From positions 398,873 through 462,872 of the forward strand of contig CAWBOJ010000003.1 of the NCBI GenBank assembly GCA_963790405.1: a stretch of 64,000 nt of DNA. Direction: 5' to 3'. This DNA comes from an uncultured Actinomycetota bacterium. Lineage in GTDB: Bacteria > Actinomycetota > Coriobacteriia > Anaerosomatales > JAGXFU01. A program made the translations under genes and the position numbers. The notes beneath the pieces were generated by a model. The model worked only from the letters and a program-made list of their open reading frames with translations. It was not told the DNA's origin and did no database searches. Positions 42,994-56,539 of the stretch are shown here, one piece after another; position 1 is the stretch's first letter; every line of letters begins with the position of its first letter.

Positions 42994-44353
42994 GTCACAT
43001 GTCCGCGCGTTCGAGCCGGATCACCCGCGTGCTCCTGGCTGCGGCTACACGCGGCATCGTTCGCTCGCGCTTCGGTCTGGCGTCCGCGCCTGCTCGGCGT
43101 AGTGTATTTGCCGAGGAGTGGCGCCGCGCGTTCGAGGAACTGGGGGGCGCCTTCATCAAGCTTGGTCAGATGATTTCGGTTCGGCCCGACGAGTTCGGCG
43201 ATGAACTCGCGGGCGAGATGGAGCGGCTTCGGGACAGGGTGGCTCCGGTCCCCTTTTCGAGTCTTCTTCCGGTTATCGAGGCGAGCCTGGGAGCTTCGGT
43301 ATCGTCGCTGTATGCGTCGGTTGAAGAGGTGCCGATCGCGACTGCGTCGGTGGCTCAGGTACATGGTGCCGTGCTCGCCTCGGCGTACCGGCCGGTGTGG
43401 GGCGATGAGCTGCCGGCAGGCGCGAAAGTCGTAGTGAAAGTCATCCGCCCCGGGGCGGCGGAGGCGCTGCGAGCCGATGTAGCCGAAGCTCGGCGCCTCG
43501 TGGCCAGCGCACTCGTGCACCGTGCGTTGCGCGGCGTCGATCTCGAAGCGATCCTCGACGAATTCGCGGCGTCCCTCGAACGCGAACTAGACCTGCGCGT
43601 CGAGGGCCGTATCGCCGACCGGTTCGCGTTCGACTTTCGTCCGGATCCAAGATCGTCGTGCCGAGGATCGTGTGGACGCACTCCGCGCCGCGCGTTCTCA
43701 CCATGGAGCGCATGTACGGATGGCGGCTCTCGGAGCTATCCGAGGCGGAGCTGGCCGGCGTCGACGCGCATGCCCTGGCCGTGCACGGCGCGACCGCGTT
43801 CATGCGCCAGGTCATGCTCTACGGCCGCTACCATGCCGACCTGCACCCATCGAACCTGTTCGTCACCCCCGACAGCCGGATCGCCTACCTCGACTTCGGC
43901 ATCGTGGGTCACCTGACCGACGCCGAGCGCGGCGACATCGCGCAGGTGCTCGGCGGCTTCGTCTACCGAGACGCCGACCGGGCGCTTCGGTACTCGGCCA
44001 ACCTCGGCGTGGTTGTTCCACCGCACAAGGTGGCAACAGTGCGCCGAGAGCTCGGTGAGCTGCTCGACAAGACGATGGCGGGTGGAAGCAGCGACTTTCG
44101 CCACTTCGGCCTCGGGTTCCTTGGCCTGCTGAGGCGCAACGGAATCGCGATCCCCGGCGGCTACGGGCTGCTCGTCAAGTCGCTTGCGACGGTCGAAGGT
44201 GTCGCGCGGCGGCTCTACCCCGACATCGACATCATGGAGGTCGCGCGTCCATTCGTGACCCGCATGATCGGCGACAGCATCGGCCGCCCGGAGACGCTGC
44301 AGCAGCGGATTCCGGCGGTGTGGCGTGCCGCGATGCGCGAGCTTCTGGCATAG
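42990..44353 (+). CDS. ABC1/UbiB (AarF) family atypical kinase, frame-disrupted near 43645
   Basis: 'LGGAFIKLGQMISVRPDEF', 'IATASVAQVHGA', 'VVKVIRPG' (ORF 42990-43916), then 'VLTMERMYG', 'GRYHADLHPSNLFV', 'YLDFGIVG' in ORF 43658-44353. Confidence 0.8.
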
Positions 44354-44413
44354 GCATTCCGAGGAGACAGCGCGTGTGCCTCATCGCGCACGCTGATAGT
44401 GAGGAGGACGGTC

Positions 44414-44893
44414 ATGTCCGAGACGAGGGGTCGGTCGGAGTTGCAGGGTCTCTTCGGCGCGCTGCTCGGAGGGCTCCTGGCATCGTTCGTGGCGTCAGCT
44501 GTCTTCGCCGGGTTGCTGGGAGACGATGGTTCGCTTGGAACAAACGACATGCTCAGTGTGGTGCTCGTTGGCCTCGCGTGCGCCATCGCTTTCATGGTGG
44601 GCGGTCTGTATGTGACCGATCGGCTGACGTGGCTCGGGAGTGCGATGTTCTTTGCGAGCGGCTTCACGACGCTATGGAGCGTCGGCCTCTCGTTTGCCGC
44701 GCAACCGCGGTGGGCGGTGCCGACGGCACTGGGAGTCGCCATCGTAGTCGGCATGACGATCGGAGGGCGCCGCTTCGGGCGCGAGTCGGGACAGACGCCT
44801 TCTGGTCGGGGCTGGCCGCCGTTCCGCTCGTGTGAGGACTCCTCATGGTCACGTCTCGCGCAGGCACCTATGAGATCACACCGGTGGTCGTGA
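44414..44893 (+). CDS. hypothetical membrane protein
   Basis: Four hydrophobic helices (LFGALLGGLLASFVASAVFAGLL; VVLVGLACAIAFMVGGLYV; ...). The C-terminal tail may be out of frame. Confidence 0.4.
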   Translation: MSETRGRSELQGLFGALLGGLLASFVASAVFAGLLGDDGSLGTNDMLSVVLVGLACAIAFMVGGLYVTDRLTWLGSAMFFASGFTTLWSVGLSFAAQPRWAVPTALGVAIVVGMTIGGRRFGRESGQTPSGRGWPPFRSCEDSSWSRLAQAPMRSHRWS

Positions 44894-44999
44894 ACGGCGC
44901 CGGGCTCGCCATTGCCTGGCTCGTCGTCGGGCGACGCGGGCCGCGCAGCCGGTCGGTGTGCCAGGAGCAATCGATGATGACCGACACGAAAGAGGCCGC

Positions 45000-45341
45000 G
45001 TGGACCCACTAGCCGCCTGGCTCGCGCAGACGCGCAAGGGCGTTGTCGAGCTCTTCGTTCTCGAGCTGTTGAGCAGCCGGGGTCGCCTGCATGGCTACGG
45101 TATCGTGCAGGCGCTCGACGAGCTCGGAGACCTCGTGGCGGGGCTGAGCACCGTCTATCCCGTGCTCAAGCGGCTGGAGTCAGACGGTCTTGTAGCGGCT
45201 GCCTGGGAGACCGACGCGCCCGGCAACCCGCGCAAGTACTACGAGCTCACATCAGAAGGTGCCGGGTTCCTGCAGCGGGCTCAGACTGAATGGCAACGCA
45301 TCGGCGAGGCCATGGACACACTGAGGGGGGAGGACGCATGA
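45000..45341 (+). CDS. PadR family transcriptional regulator
   Basis: 'GVVELFVLELLSSRGRLHGYGIVQALDEL...LSTVYPVLKRLESDGLVAAAWE...PRKYYELTSEG'. GTG start is uncertain. Confidence 0.8.
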   Translation: MDPLAAWLAQTRKGVVELFVLELLSSRGRLHGYGIVQALDELGDLVAGLSTVYPVLKRLESDGLVAAAWETDAPGNPRKYYELTSEGAGFLQRAQTEWQRIGEAMDTLRGEDA

Positions 45342-46390
45342 CGCGCTCGGCGTCCGAGATCGTGGGAATCTACCTGTCCAGGCTGCGGGCGGAACTCGCG
45401 GCGGCCGGTGCCGAGGATACCGACGACCTGGTCGCCGAGATACGGTCCGTTCTGACCGATGCAGCAGGAGACGACGCGGAGGCCGCCTCGGCCGAGACCG
45501 CGCGCCTGGGAGAGCCGGCAGAGCTCGCTCGTGGCATTCTGGCGGAGCGGGGACTCGACTCCTCGGCGGCCGTATCGCAAGGCACATGGTGGCGGCTTGG
45601 GCTCGCCGCGCCGATCGACATCGCGATCGGACTTGCACCGGTGTTGGTTGCGGCACTCCCTCTGTACACCATGATCCGGTTCGGTCAGCCGCGCGTCGCA
45701 AGCATCGCCATCGCGCTCGCCCTGTCGCTGGCCGTACTGGCCTGGCCGTTCTTTCTCTGGCGACCGTGGAGGCGCGGCGGAGGCGCGCTGAGTCCCGGAA
45801 TGACGCTCACCGGTTTGGCGGTAGTTCGAGCTCCCGGATTCTGGCGGCTGGCCCGAATCGACGAGCTTGGAGCGATGGGACTGGCGCCGCGCCGTCGCGT
45901 CACGGTCGCCGCCGTTGTCGCGCTCGTCGGGTTCGGTCTGCTTGGAGGCATCGCGCTTGCCGGCTTCGACGCCGGGGACTCGTGGCTCGCCTCTACGGCC
46001 CTGTCCGTTGGCGGCAGTGAGTCGCAGCCGGCGCAGTTCCAGGTCCTTGCCGAGGAGCTCTACGGAGGGCTGTTGATGACACCAGAGTCTGGAACGGGTC
46101 CAACATCGTCGTACGTCGCGTCCCAGGGGGAGATCGATCTGCGACCCCTGTGGGAGCGGATCAACGACCTCGACATCCGCTCTGTCCGCGTTGGCGTGCC
46201 GGAGCGAATCGTCGCCGGCCTCTACAGACTGGAAGTCGAGGAGTTCGGGGGGGAGACGCCTGCGCCATCCGCCCGGGTGGGTTCGTCGACGCTCACGGTG
46301 GGACGGCGGCAATGGCTGAGCGCTGACGGAGTCGGGAGCGACTGGACGGTCGTCGATATCGAGGTCGGAGTCGCGCCTGGTTCCGAGTAG
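45338..46390 (+). CDS. PadR-associated membrane protein (DUF1700-like N-terminal helical domain + TM region + extracytoplasmic C-domain)
   Basis: ATGA overlap with padR. 'IVGIYLSRLRAELAAAGAEDTDDLVAEIRSVLTDA...LGEPAELARGILAE', then 4 TM. Confidence 0.6.
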   Translation: MTRSASEIVGIYLSRLRAELAAAGAEDTDDLVAEIRSVLTDAAGDDAEAASAETARLGEPAELARGILAERGLDSSAAVSQGTWWRLGLAAPIDIAIGLAPVLVAALPLYTMIRFGQPRVASIAIALALSLAVLAWPFFLWRPWRRGGGALSPGMTLTGLAVVRAPGFWRLARIDELGAMGLAPRRRVTVAAVVALVGFGLLGGIALAGFDAGDSWLASTALSVGGSESQPAQFQVLAEELYGGLLMTPESGTGPTSSYVASQGEIDLRPLWERINDLDIRSVRVGVPERIVAGLYRLEVEEFGGETPAPSARVGSSTLTVGRRQWLSADGVGSDWTVVDIEVGVAPGSE

Positions 46391-46572
46391 TCTCACTTCC
46401 GAGGTGCCGGACGGAAGGTGATGGCCGAGCAGGCTCGTGATCGCGCCGCCGGCAGCCGCGTGCGGACGCTTCTGGGTACCAACAATGTGTGCTGGTTGCG
46501 GTTGCGGTTGCGTGCGGCTTGCCGCAGACTGCCTAACGATGGACGCCGAGCCCCGGGGGGAGGGACCGTCAC

Positions 46573-47788
46573 GTGCAGGTACTCGTCATCAACTCCGGCT
46601 CGAGTTCGGTGAAGTACGAGCTGTTCGAGATCGATCCGACCGCGGTCGCTGCTGAGAGGCGAGGTCGAGCGCATCGGCCAGGCGGGCGCCGCCGCGCGAC
46701 CATCACGAGGCACTGGGCATCGTCTTCGGCGTGCTTGAAGACGCCGGAGTCGCCGGCGAGCATCGCAGACATCGTGGCGGTCGGACACCGGGTCGTGCAC
46801 GGTGGCGACCGCTTCGCCGAGCCCGGTGATCGATCGACGAGACGTGCTCGCCGGCATTCGCGAGCTCGAGCTGCTCGCGCCGCTGCACACGAAGGCCAAC
46901 GTCGCCGGCATCGAGGCGGCGCGCGCATGGCTGCCGGGTGTGCGTGCACGTCGCGGTGTTCGACACCACGTTCCACCGCACGATGCCCGCGCATGCACGC
47001 GAGTACGCGCTGCCGCGCGAGCTCGCCCGCGAGCATGGCATCCGCCGCTACGGCTTCCACGGCACGTCGCACGAGTACGTTGCCCGCCGCGCGGCCGCGA
47101 TGCTGGGCCGCCCGCTCTCCGAGCTGAACCTGATCACGCTGCACCTGGGCAACGGGGCGAGCGTCTCGGCGATCGAAGGCGGACGCAGCATCGACACCTC
47201 GATGGGCATGACGCCGCTCGAGGGGCTCGTCATGGGCACGCGCTGCGGAGACGTCGACCCGGCCGTGCCGATGCTCCTCGGCGAGATCACGGGTCGCTCG
47301 CGCGAGGAGGTGCACCACCTGCTCAACTTCGAGAGCGGCTTGCTCGGCCTGAGCGGCGAGAGCGACATGCGCGAGGTCCACCGGCTCGCCGAGCGAGGGC
47401 GACCCGGACGCCGCGGCTCGCTCTCGAGATGTTCTGCTACCGCGCCAAGAAGTACCTGGGTGCGTACTATGCCGTGCTCGGCCACGTGGATGCGGTCGTG
47501 TTCACGGCGGGCATCGGGGAGCACGACCCGGAGGTCCGGGCGCGCATCTGCTGCCGGTCTCGAGCGTCTCGGAATCGAGATCGCCGAGGAGGAGAACCGG
47601 CGTCCGCAAGCAGAAGGCGGATGCGCCGCGAGCATCCGGCGGCGACGCCCGCCCCGGCGAGCGCGTCATCAGCCCGCCTGGCGCCGAAGTCGCCGTGCTG
47701 GTTGATCCCGACCGACGAAGAACTCGAGATCGCGCGCGCGGCGTTCGCGTGCGTGCGACAGTCAACGACGACCCCGACCGAGGAGTGA
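46573..47788 (+). pseudogene. ackA: acetate kinase, at least 5 frame disruptions
   Basis: 'MQVLVINSGSSSVKYELF', '[10 protein letters not shown]', 'LAPLHTKAN', '[13 protein letters not shown]', '[13 protein letters not shown]', '[19 protein letters not shown]', '[15 protein letters not shown]', '[11 protein letters not shown]' are all present but distributed over all three forward frames. Confidence 0.8.
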
Positions 47789-47794
47789 TCGGCC

Positions 47795-50189
47795 ATGACC
47801 GACGCCGATGGCGCAGACTGGCCGCCCGGACCGCTCTCACCCGACGAACTCGCGCTCGATCGACGCCTACTGGCGCGCGGCGAACTACCTGGCCGTCGGC
47901 CAGATCTACCTGCTCGACAACCCGCTGCTGAAGCGGCCTCTCACTGCTGAGGACGTGAAGTCGAGGCTCCTCGGCCATTGGGGAACGACTCCCGGGCTGA
48001 ACCTCATCTACGCGCACCTCAACCGCGTCATCAAGGCCCACGATCTCGACATGATCCTCGTGACCGGGCCGGGGCACGGTGGCCCGGCGATCGTGGCCAA
48101 CACGTGGCTCGAGGGCACGTACAGCGAGCGCTACTCGGCGGTCTCGCGCGACGCCGACGGGATGCACCGGCTGTTTCGGCAGTTCTCGTTTCCCGGCGGG
48201 ATCCCGAGTCACGTCGCAGCCCAGATTCCCGGCTCGATCCACGAGGGGGGCGAGCTCGGCTACTCGCTGTCCCACGCGTTCGGCGCGGCGTTCGACAACC
48301 CCGACCTCATCGTCACATGCGTCGTGGGCGACGGCGAGGCCGAGACGGGCCCGCTCGCCACGGCGTGGCATTCGAACAAGTTCCTGAACCCGGTCACCGA
48401 CGGTGCGGTCCTGCCGATTCTGCACCTGAACGGCTACAAGATCGCCAACCCTACCGTGCTCGCGCGCATCCCGCACGACGACCTCGAAGCGTTGATGATC
48501 GGCTACGGCTGGAAGCCCTACTTCGTCGAAGGCGACGATCCGGCGCTCGTGCATCAGGCGATGGCCGCGACTCTCGATGACGTACTCGCAGAGATTCGCG
48601 AGATCCAGGCCGAGTGCCGCGCCGGCAACCTGTGCACCTCACGCCGCTGGCCGATGATCGTACTCAAGACGCCCAAGGGCTGGACCGGACCCGACAAGGT
48701 CGACGGCCATCAGGTCGAGGGCACGTGGCGGGCGCATCAGGTGCCCATCGACAAGGTGCGCCAGAACCCCGAGCACCTCGCCATCCTGGACGGGTGGCTA
48801 CGCAGCTACCGGCCCGAGGAGCTCTTCGACGAGAACGGCGCACCGCGGGCCGAGATAGCCGCGCTCGCTCCGACGGGCACCCGGCGGCTCGGCGACAATC
48901 CGCACGCGAATGGCGGCTTGCTCCGCCGCGAGCTCAAGATGCCGGACTTCACCGACTACGCGGTTGACGTGCCCGAGCCCGGACGTGCCACCGGCGAGGC
49001 GACTCGCGTGCTCGGCTACTTCCTGCGCGACGTGATGGCGGCCAACATGGATCGCTTCCGGGTGTTCGGCCCCGACGAGACTGCCTCGAATCGCCTCGGC
49101 GCGATCTTCGATGTCAGCAAGAAGACCTGGCTCGCGGAGCGGCTGCCCGTCGACGACGACGGGGGAGAGCTCGCCCCCGACGGACGGGTCATGGAGATGC
49201 TCTCGGAGCACACGTGCCTGGGATGGCTCGAAGGCTACGTGCTCACCGGGCGGCACGGACTGTTCAACACCTACGAGGCGTTCGTCCACATCATCGACTC
49301 GATGTTCAACCAGCACGCGAAATGGCTCGACGTGAGCAAGAACGAGGTGCCGTGGCGCGCACCGATCTCCTCGGCGACCTACCTGCTCTCCTCGCACGTG
49401 TGGCGCCAGGACCACAACGGCTTCTCGCATCAGGACCCCGGCTTCATCGACAACGTGGTCAACAAGCGCGGCGACGTGATCCGCGTCTATCTGCCGCCGG
49501 ATGCGAACACGCTGCTGTCCGTGGCCGATCACTGCCTACGTAGCACCGACTACATCAACGTGATCGTGGCAGGCAAGCAGCCCGCGCCCCAGTTCCTGGA
49601 CATGGATGCGGCCGTGAAGCACTGCACCGCGGGCATCGGGATGTTCGAGTGGGCGAGCACCGACCGAGGCGACGAGCCCGACGTCGTCATGGCATGCGCG
49701 GGCGACGTGCCCACACTCGAGACGCTTGCCGCAGTCGACCTGCTCCGCCGAGAAGCGCCCGACCTCAAGATTCGCGTCGTGAACGTGGTCGATCTCATGA
49801 CGCTCCAACCTGCCGAGGAACACCCGCATGGCCTCTCGGACCGGGCATTCGATGAGCTGTTCACCACCGACAAGCCGGTTATCTTCGCGTACCACGGCTA
49901 CCCGTGGTTGATCCACCGCCTCACCTATCGGCGCACGAATCACCACAACATCCACGTCCGCGGCTACAAGGAAGAGGGCACCACGACCACGCCGTTCGAC
50001 ATGGTGGTTCGCAACGACCTCGACCGCTTCCATCTGTTCGCCGACGCGGTCGAGCGCATCCCCAAGCTCGAGCACAAGCGCGCCCACGTGACGCAGTTCG
50101 TGCGCGACAAGCTGGTTGACCACCGCGAGTACATCGAACGCTTCGGCGAGGACATGCCCGAAGTGCGCGAATGGATGTGGGAGTGGTAG
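47795..50189 (+). CDS. xfp: phosphoketolase (xylulose-5-P/fructose-6-P), N-terminal frame break near 47858
   Basis: 793-aa ORF with '[18 protein letters not shown]', '[10 protein letters not shown]', 'GPGHGGPA', 'EGGELGYSL'. The conserved N-terminus '[21 protein letters not shown]' from ATG 47795 is offset by one extra base. Confidence 0.9.
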
Positions 50190-50224
50190 GCGCTCCACAC
50201 AGCCGTGGTGAGCGGCGAATCGTG

Positions 50225-51331
50225 ATGCTTGCGCCTGTGGGTACCGAGGAGGACTTCTGGGCGGACTACGACGGGCTCTGTAGGGCGGGCGCATCGGTCA
50301 GTTTCATGGCGTTCGAGCGCGTGCACCTTGAGGACAAGCGGCGTGACGGGTGCTGGGAATCGCTCGGCAAGGTGGAGAATGGTCGCTACCTTGCTCGCAT
50401 CCCACGGCTGCTTGCAGCTGTTCCGAAGGTCCTGAGCGCGACTAAGGCTGGCGACACGCTGTACTGCTTCGGTCTCGACATCCTGGGTCTGGGGTGGGCC
50501 GTCTCCGTTCTAAGACGCAGGACGTGTCCGCTGGTGCTTGTCACGAGGGATATCCACAGAGCTCTCGTTGGTTCCAACAGTCGTGCGAGGTTGCTGCGCG
50601 CGCTGGAGCGATTCCTTGTCAAACGGACCCTCCTCGTCGTGTGCACGTCGGAGTACTACGTGACGGAGCACTACCTGGGGCAACAGGGATTGAGTGAGGC
50701 GCGCTACGTGATACTGGAGAACAAGCTGAGTCGCGAGAAGCTGCCTCCCCGGGAGCTGCCGCCGCGTGAGCGCACGGATGGTGTGCTCACGATCGGGTAC
50801 TTCGGCCTGCTGAGGTGCCAAGCGTCGTGGGACTTTCTCACACGGTTGGCCGAGGAGGGTGAGGGCCGGATTCGCGTGGTGGCAGCAGGACTGCCGACCG
50901 GAATCGAGAACATCGAGAGCGATGTGAGCGCCAGCCCGTACGTCGAGTACCGGGGACCCTATCTGTCGCCAGACGACCTGCCCGACTTGTGCGGTCGGGT
51001 CGATCTCGTGTGGACCATCTACCCACACGGCTTCGCCAATCAGCAGTGGGCACGCACCAATCGATACTACGTGGCGGGTTACTTTCGCAAGCCGATGATC
51101 GTGCAGCGAAACACACCCGACGGCTCCGAGGTTGAGCGATTGGATCTCGGACTGCCGATAGACCTTGACGCTCCTGAGCAGGCAATGGCGGCCATTCTTG
51201 GCATCACTGAAACCCAGCTGAGGCAGTGGGAGAGCAACTACGATGCGATTGATGTCGCTCGCTTCACGATCACGAATGACTACGAGCGTGTGCTTGAAGA
51301 GATGTGCGACGCCGGAGAGGAGTCAAGATGA
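50225..51331 (+). CDS. putative glycosyltransferase-like protein (GT-B-like), function uncertain
   Basis: About 368 aa. The two-lobed pattern ('IVMLAP...', 'VVCTSEYY', 'TIGYFGLLR', 'RYYVAGYFRKPMIV') is reminiscent of GT4/ExoL-like enzymes, recognised only weakly. ATGA overlap with the hemerythrin gene. Confidence 0.35.
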   Translation: MLAPVGTEEDFWADYDGLCRAGASVSFMAFERVHLEDKRRDGCWESLGKVENGRYLARIPRLLAAVPKVLSATKAGDTLYCFGLDILGLGWAVSVLRRRTCPLVLVTRDIHRALVGSNSRARLLRALERFLVKRTLLVVCTSEYYVTEHYLGQQGLSEARYVILENKLSREKLPPRELPPRERTDGVLTIGYFGLLRCQASWDFLTRLAEEGEGRIRVVAAGLPTGIENIESDVSASPYVEYRGPYLSPDDLPDLCGRVDLVWTIYPHGFANQQWARTNRYYVAGYFRKPMIVQRNTPDGSEVERLDLGLPIDLDAPEQAMAAILGITETQLRQWESNYDAIDVARFTITNDYERVLEEMCDAGEESR

Positions 51332-51719
51332 CACGCTTCGAATGGACCACGGACCTTGAGACAGGGAACGCTGATATCGACCGCCAGCACCACAGCCTGT
51401 TCGAGCTGGCGAACAAACTCGAGGAAGCACTCGAAAGCGATGCCACCGATGAGGACGCGATCGCTGATGCTATCTGGGGTCTGAGCGACTACGTCGTCGA
51501 GCACTTCAGGGACGAGGAAGCGCTCATGACGGAATCAGGATTCCCGACATTGCGGGCCCACAAGCTGCAGCACACACGCCTCGCTGCTCAAACACTGCAG
51601 CTCGCTGCGGACTACTTCAATGGCGAGGAAATCGCTGCGACCAGAATCGGTCCGTTCGTGGCCTCATGGCTCAAGGAGCACATCCTTGCCGAAGACATGA
51701 TCCTTGCGCGGCACCTGCA

Positions 51720-51732
<13 letters not shown>
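51328..51732 (+). CDS. bacteriohemerythrin
   Basis: 'FEWTTDLETGNADIDRQHHSLFEL', 'HFRDEEALM', 'HKLQH', 'WLKEHILAEDM' form the canonical H-HxxxE-HxxxH-HxxxxD iron ligand pattern. Confidence 0.85.
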
Positions 51733-53543
<1,811 letters not shown>

Positions 53544-53802
53544 CTGCTAGGGGGAGCATACCCGCTAGGACAGTTCCGGCCCACGGGGGCGTGCGGCGCG
53601 GTTCGGTTCCGCCTCCTGCTCGAACGGCAGCCTCAAGGCACGGAGGAAGCCTCCGCTGAGCGCCGCCATGGCAAGCACGAGGATGAACCACTGCAGTACC
53701 TTCTGATCGAGCTTCGGTGCGATTCCCGAGAAGAACAGCACCATGGCATCAGGATCGTCGCAATCACTCTACGCGGCTTCCGAGGCTGGTTCCAGATAGT
53801 AT

Positions 53803-54955
53803 GTGCCTATGGACGAGACGCACAACATGGAACGGTTGCGAGCCCTGACCGGCGTGAAGTGGGGCCGGTTCGGCGACGATGTCATCCCTGCGTGGGTAGC
53901 GGACATGGACTTCGAGACAGCTCCGGCGATCACGGGCGCGCTCGCGGCGATGGTTGACACCAGCGACTTCGGCTACAACGTCGCCTCGTTCGACGACAGC
54001 GTGCCCATCGGCGTGGGCGGAGTGGTCATCTCGGCGCTTCGGCTGGAAGCCCGACGTCGACCGGGCCAAGGTGTTCGCCAACGCGCTGCAGCCCATCGCG
54101 GCATCGCTTGCGATCGCCACGTCGCCGGGTGATGGCGTGCTTCTCTTCACCCCCGTGTACCCGCCGTTCTTCGGCATGGTCGAAGGGTCGGGCAGGCGGC
54201 TTGTCGAGTATCCGCTCGACGCGAACGGGTGGCGCATAGACGCGGAGTCCCTGCGGTCCGCTGTCGATTCTGGTACGCGCGCGCTCATCTTGTGCAACCC
54301 GCACAACCCGAGTGGTCGCTCGTTCGATGCGGGCGAGCTCGAGGCGGTGATGACGGTCGCCGCGGAGCGCGATCTTCTCGTCATCAGCGATGAAATCTGG
54401 CAAGACATCGTGTATCCGGGTGGCGCGGGGCACATCCCGTTCGCCTCGCTCGGACCCGAGGCTGTGGAGCGATCGATCGTGGTGACCTCGGCGAGCAAGA
54501 GCTTCAACCTTGGTGGTCTGAGCTGTGCCGTTGCGCACCTTGGACACGCAGCTGTCCGAGAAGGGCTCGACGTCATGGTCCCTCACCTGCTCGGCGGGGT
54601 GAACGCGCTCGGTGCGCGGGCGACGCTCGAAGCGTGGACGCATGGAGAGGCCTGGCTGGACGAGACGGTCGATGTCCTTCGGGCGAATCGCGACCACCTG
54701 CTGGCGAGGTTCGCCGCCGAGCTCCCGGACGTGCGCATCGAGGTTCCCGAAGCCACCTACCTGGCGTGGCTCGATTTCTCCGCCACGACGATCGCGGCCA
54801 ACCCGGCGAAGCGTCTGCTCAGGCGGGGTCGCGTCGCGTTATCTCCGGGACCCGACTTTGGAGTGGCAGGCGAGGGATTCGCGCGGCTCAACTTCGCGAC
54901 CCATCGTGAGGTGCTCGACGAGATCATCGACCGCATCGTCGGAATCGTCGCGTGA
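53803..54955 (+). CDS. MalY/PatB-type PLP-dependent C-S lyase/aminotransferase, frame-disrupted near 54000
   Basis: 'KWGRFGDDVIPAWVADMDFETAP' (ORF 53803-54132), then 'CNPHNPSGR', 'SDEIWQD', 'TSASKSFNLGGL' (ORF 53954-54955). Confidence 0.8.
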
Positions 54956-54996
54956 CGCGCCTGCTCAAGCCGCAGCCGCTGCGCGTGTTCCGAGCC

Positions 54997-55152
54997 CTAC
55001 AGAAGGCTGGCCACCGCAAGCGCGATTCCGGCCAGGCCGAGCAAGGCGATGCTGGCTTTGAACGCCGGCGTGCTGTCGCGCCAGCCCAACCAACGCCACT
55101 TCCACAGGGCGTCGCGCTGCACTTCGGTTAGCCTGTCGCGGGGAGAGGTCAT
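54997..55152 (-). CDS. possible small membrane protein
   Basis: 51 aa 'MTSPRDRLTEVQRDALWKWRWLGWRDSTPAFKASIALLGLAGIALAVASLL*'. Single C-terminal TM. Weak call. Confidence 0.2.
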   Translation of the reverse strand: MTSPRDRLTEVQRDALWKWRWLGWRDSTPAFKASIALLGLAGIALAVASLL

Positions 55153-55337
55153 CGGCCCTAGCCTCCTTGGGTTGCTCGGCTTGCCTGGCCCGGCTCGGTA
55201 GTCGATTCTTTCATCGGCATGGAACCGGGCGTGCTTCACAATGGTTCTGCGGGCGGCCCCGATGTAGTACATAGTATGGAGCCGTTCGCACAGGCGGCGG
55301 CGCCATATCAGCAACGCCCACAACCGTAAGGACTACC

Positions 55338-56505
55338 TTGTTCATTCTCGACGAGCCGTACGTGTCCGACTTCCTCGCGTCGTCCGTTGCCGCCTCCGGG
55401 GCTGCCGTTCTCGATACGCCCATGGCGCGCCGGCACTTCGCCGATGGCTCCGTTTCGCTGCTGTCATCCGAGCAGTTTGCGGCCAAAGCCTCCGTTCCCG
55501 GGACGCGCATCTACGCGAACTCGGAAAACGCGATCGGGTGGATCGCACAGAACCTGTCGGGAACGGATCTTCCACGGCAGATCGGGCTGATGAAGGACAA
55601 AGTCGCATTCCGGGAGCTCATCTCGGAGCTGCACCCGGGCTATGTGTATCGCGAGGTCGCGGCTGGAGCGCTTGGCGATGTCGACCTCTCGCAGCTGCCC
55701 AAGCCGTTCGTGATCAAGCCGGCTGTTGGGTTCTTCAGCGTGGGCGTGCGCGTCGTCGAGAGCGACGCGGACTGGCCGGCGGCCATCGCGTCGATCGGGC
55801 GCGACATCGAGCGTGCCGAGCAGCTCTACCCCGCAGCAGGTCTTGAGCCTCGATCGCTTCATCATCGAAGAGGCGATCGAGGGCGAGGAGTTCGCGGTCG
55901 ACGCCTACTTCCGGGCAGACGGCACGCCGGTCGTGCTCAACATCATGGCGCACCTGTTCGCCTCGGCAGACGATGTGAGCGATCGTGTCTACTACACCTC
56001 GCCGTCGGTGGTTCAGCGTTGGCTCGTGCCCGTGACCGAGTACCTGGCACGAGTCGGTGAGCTGGCCGGCTTGCGCGACTTCCCGGTCCACGCGGAGCTT
56101 CGAGCGGACGAAGCCGGGCAGTTGGCCGCGATCGAGATTAACCCGATGCGCTTCGGCGGGTGGTGTGCGGCCGACATGTCCTGGTACGCGAACGGATTCG
56201 ACCCCTACGCGTACTACCTGAGCGACGCGGCGCCCGATTGGGACGCGGTCGTCGCACGTCGCGCGGGCACGGTGACGGGGCTGGTGGTCGCGGACTTCGC
56301 AGCGCAGATTCCTCGGCAGAAGATCGAATCGGTCGACTACGATGCGTTCACCGCTCGCTTCACCAAGCCACTGGACCTGAGGCGGACGGACTTTCGCACG
56401 CATCCGGTGTTCGGATTCTTGTTCGTCGAGTGTGCCGAGAACGACATGAGCGAGCTGCACGACGTCCTACACGCCGACCTGAGCCGCTACCTCACCATGC
56501 GGTAG
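55338..56505 (+). CDS. ATP-grasp domain protein, frame-disrupted near 55840
   Basis: 'KDKVAFRELI', 'PFVIKPAVGFFSVGV' (ORF 55338-56060), then 'FIIEEAIEGEEFAVDAYF', 'HAELR...AAIEINPMRFGG' (ORF 55726-56505). TTG start is uncertain. Confidence 0.7.
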
Positions 56506-56539
56506 CGGCACGGGACGGTTGCCCGAAGGGCTCGGCGGG

